Shown here in pieces: positions 32,440 through 32,568 of a DNA stretch of 32,568 nt. Within the stretch, counting starts at the first letter, position 1; each line of letters opens with the position of its first letter. The notes below the pieces were generated by a model that was not told the DNA's origin, searched no databases, and saw nothing but the letters and a program-made list of their open reading frames with translations. The stretch comes from a bacterium (lineage in GTDB: Bacteria > Zhuqueibacterota > Zhuqueibacteria > Oceanimicrobiales > Oceanimicrobiaceae). Location of the stretch: contig JBBIIG010000042.1 in the NCBI GenBank assembly GCA_037446635.1, positions 1 through 32,568 of the forward strand, written 5' to 3'. Made by a program: the position numbers and the translations under genes.

Positions 32440-32568
32440 TTTCAACGCGGTGCTCACTGGCGCAAGGGTTGAGCAGCACCTCAGCCGCGAATCAGAACAT
32501 CACTTCGAGACAGCACCGAAGCCACCCAGTCAACCGCAGCCCTTGCGTCCAGTGAAGCAAACGTTAGC
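32440..32568 (-). other. attC-like imperfect palindrome, truncated by the window end
   Basis: Minus strand GCTAAC-GTTT-GCTtCACTGGaCGCAAGGG ... CCCTTGCGCCAGTGAGC-ACCGC-GTTGAAA; two extrahelical bases on one arm. Confidence 0.55.

Noticed and set aside
1..32568. CRISPR array or cas genes
   Set aside because: No regularly spaced 25-40 nt repeats with unique spacers; the repeats are short-period or duplications.

Overview
Bacterial chromosomal segment. The gene content (PorV-like barrel, FlgD/T9SS-type C-terminal domain) suggests the FCB superphylum, perhaps KSB1/Calditrichota-like; this is inference. Left part: acpP-fabF-rnc, a FadI-like thiolase, a candidate promoter-to-terminator small RNA, tenA, pit and a DUF47 gene with a premature stop. 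Middle (7.8-24.8 kb): a + strand purine-catabolism cluster with xdhA-xdhB, osmC, ssnA, a shortened ygfK, a selenium-dependent-type xanthine dehydrogenase and a threonine-synthase-like PLP enzyme. Almost every junction between these core genes is filled with small, co-oriented, AT-rich toxin-antitoxin genes, many broken or chimeric. These junctions also hold diverged remnants of the ends of the neighbouring core genes (ssnA 5' end; xdh 3' end joined to a thrC-like start) and 7/8/9-nt-period repeats. Flanking gene ends show a G-rich 3' / C-rich 5' polarity. No integrase or transposase is present. Right part: a minus-strand surface-protein operon (VWA-DUF11-CTD cargo, PorV-like/OmpA/LysM fusion, VWA-Sel1 protein) and an attC-like hairpin cut by the window end. 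All family calls come from motif recognition by eye, not database searches.
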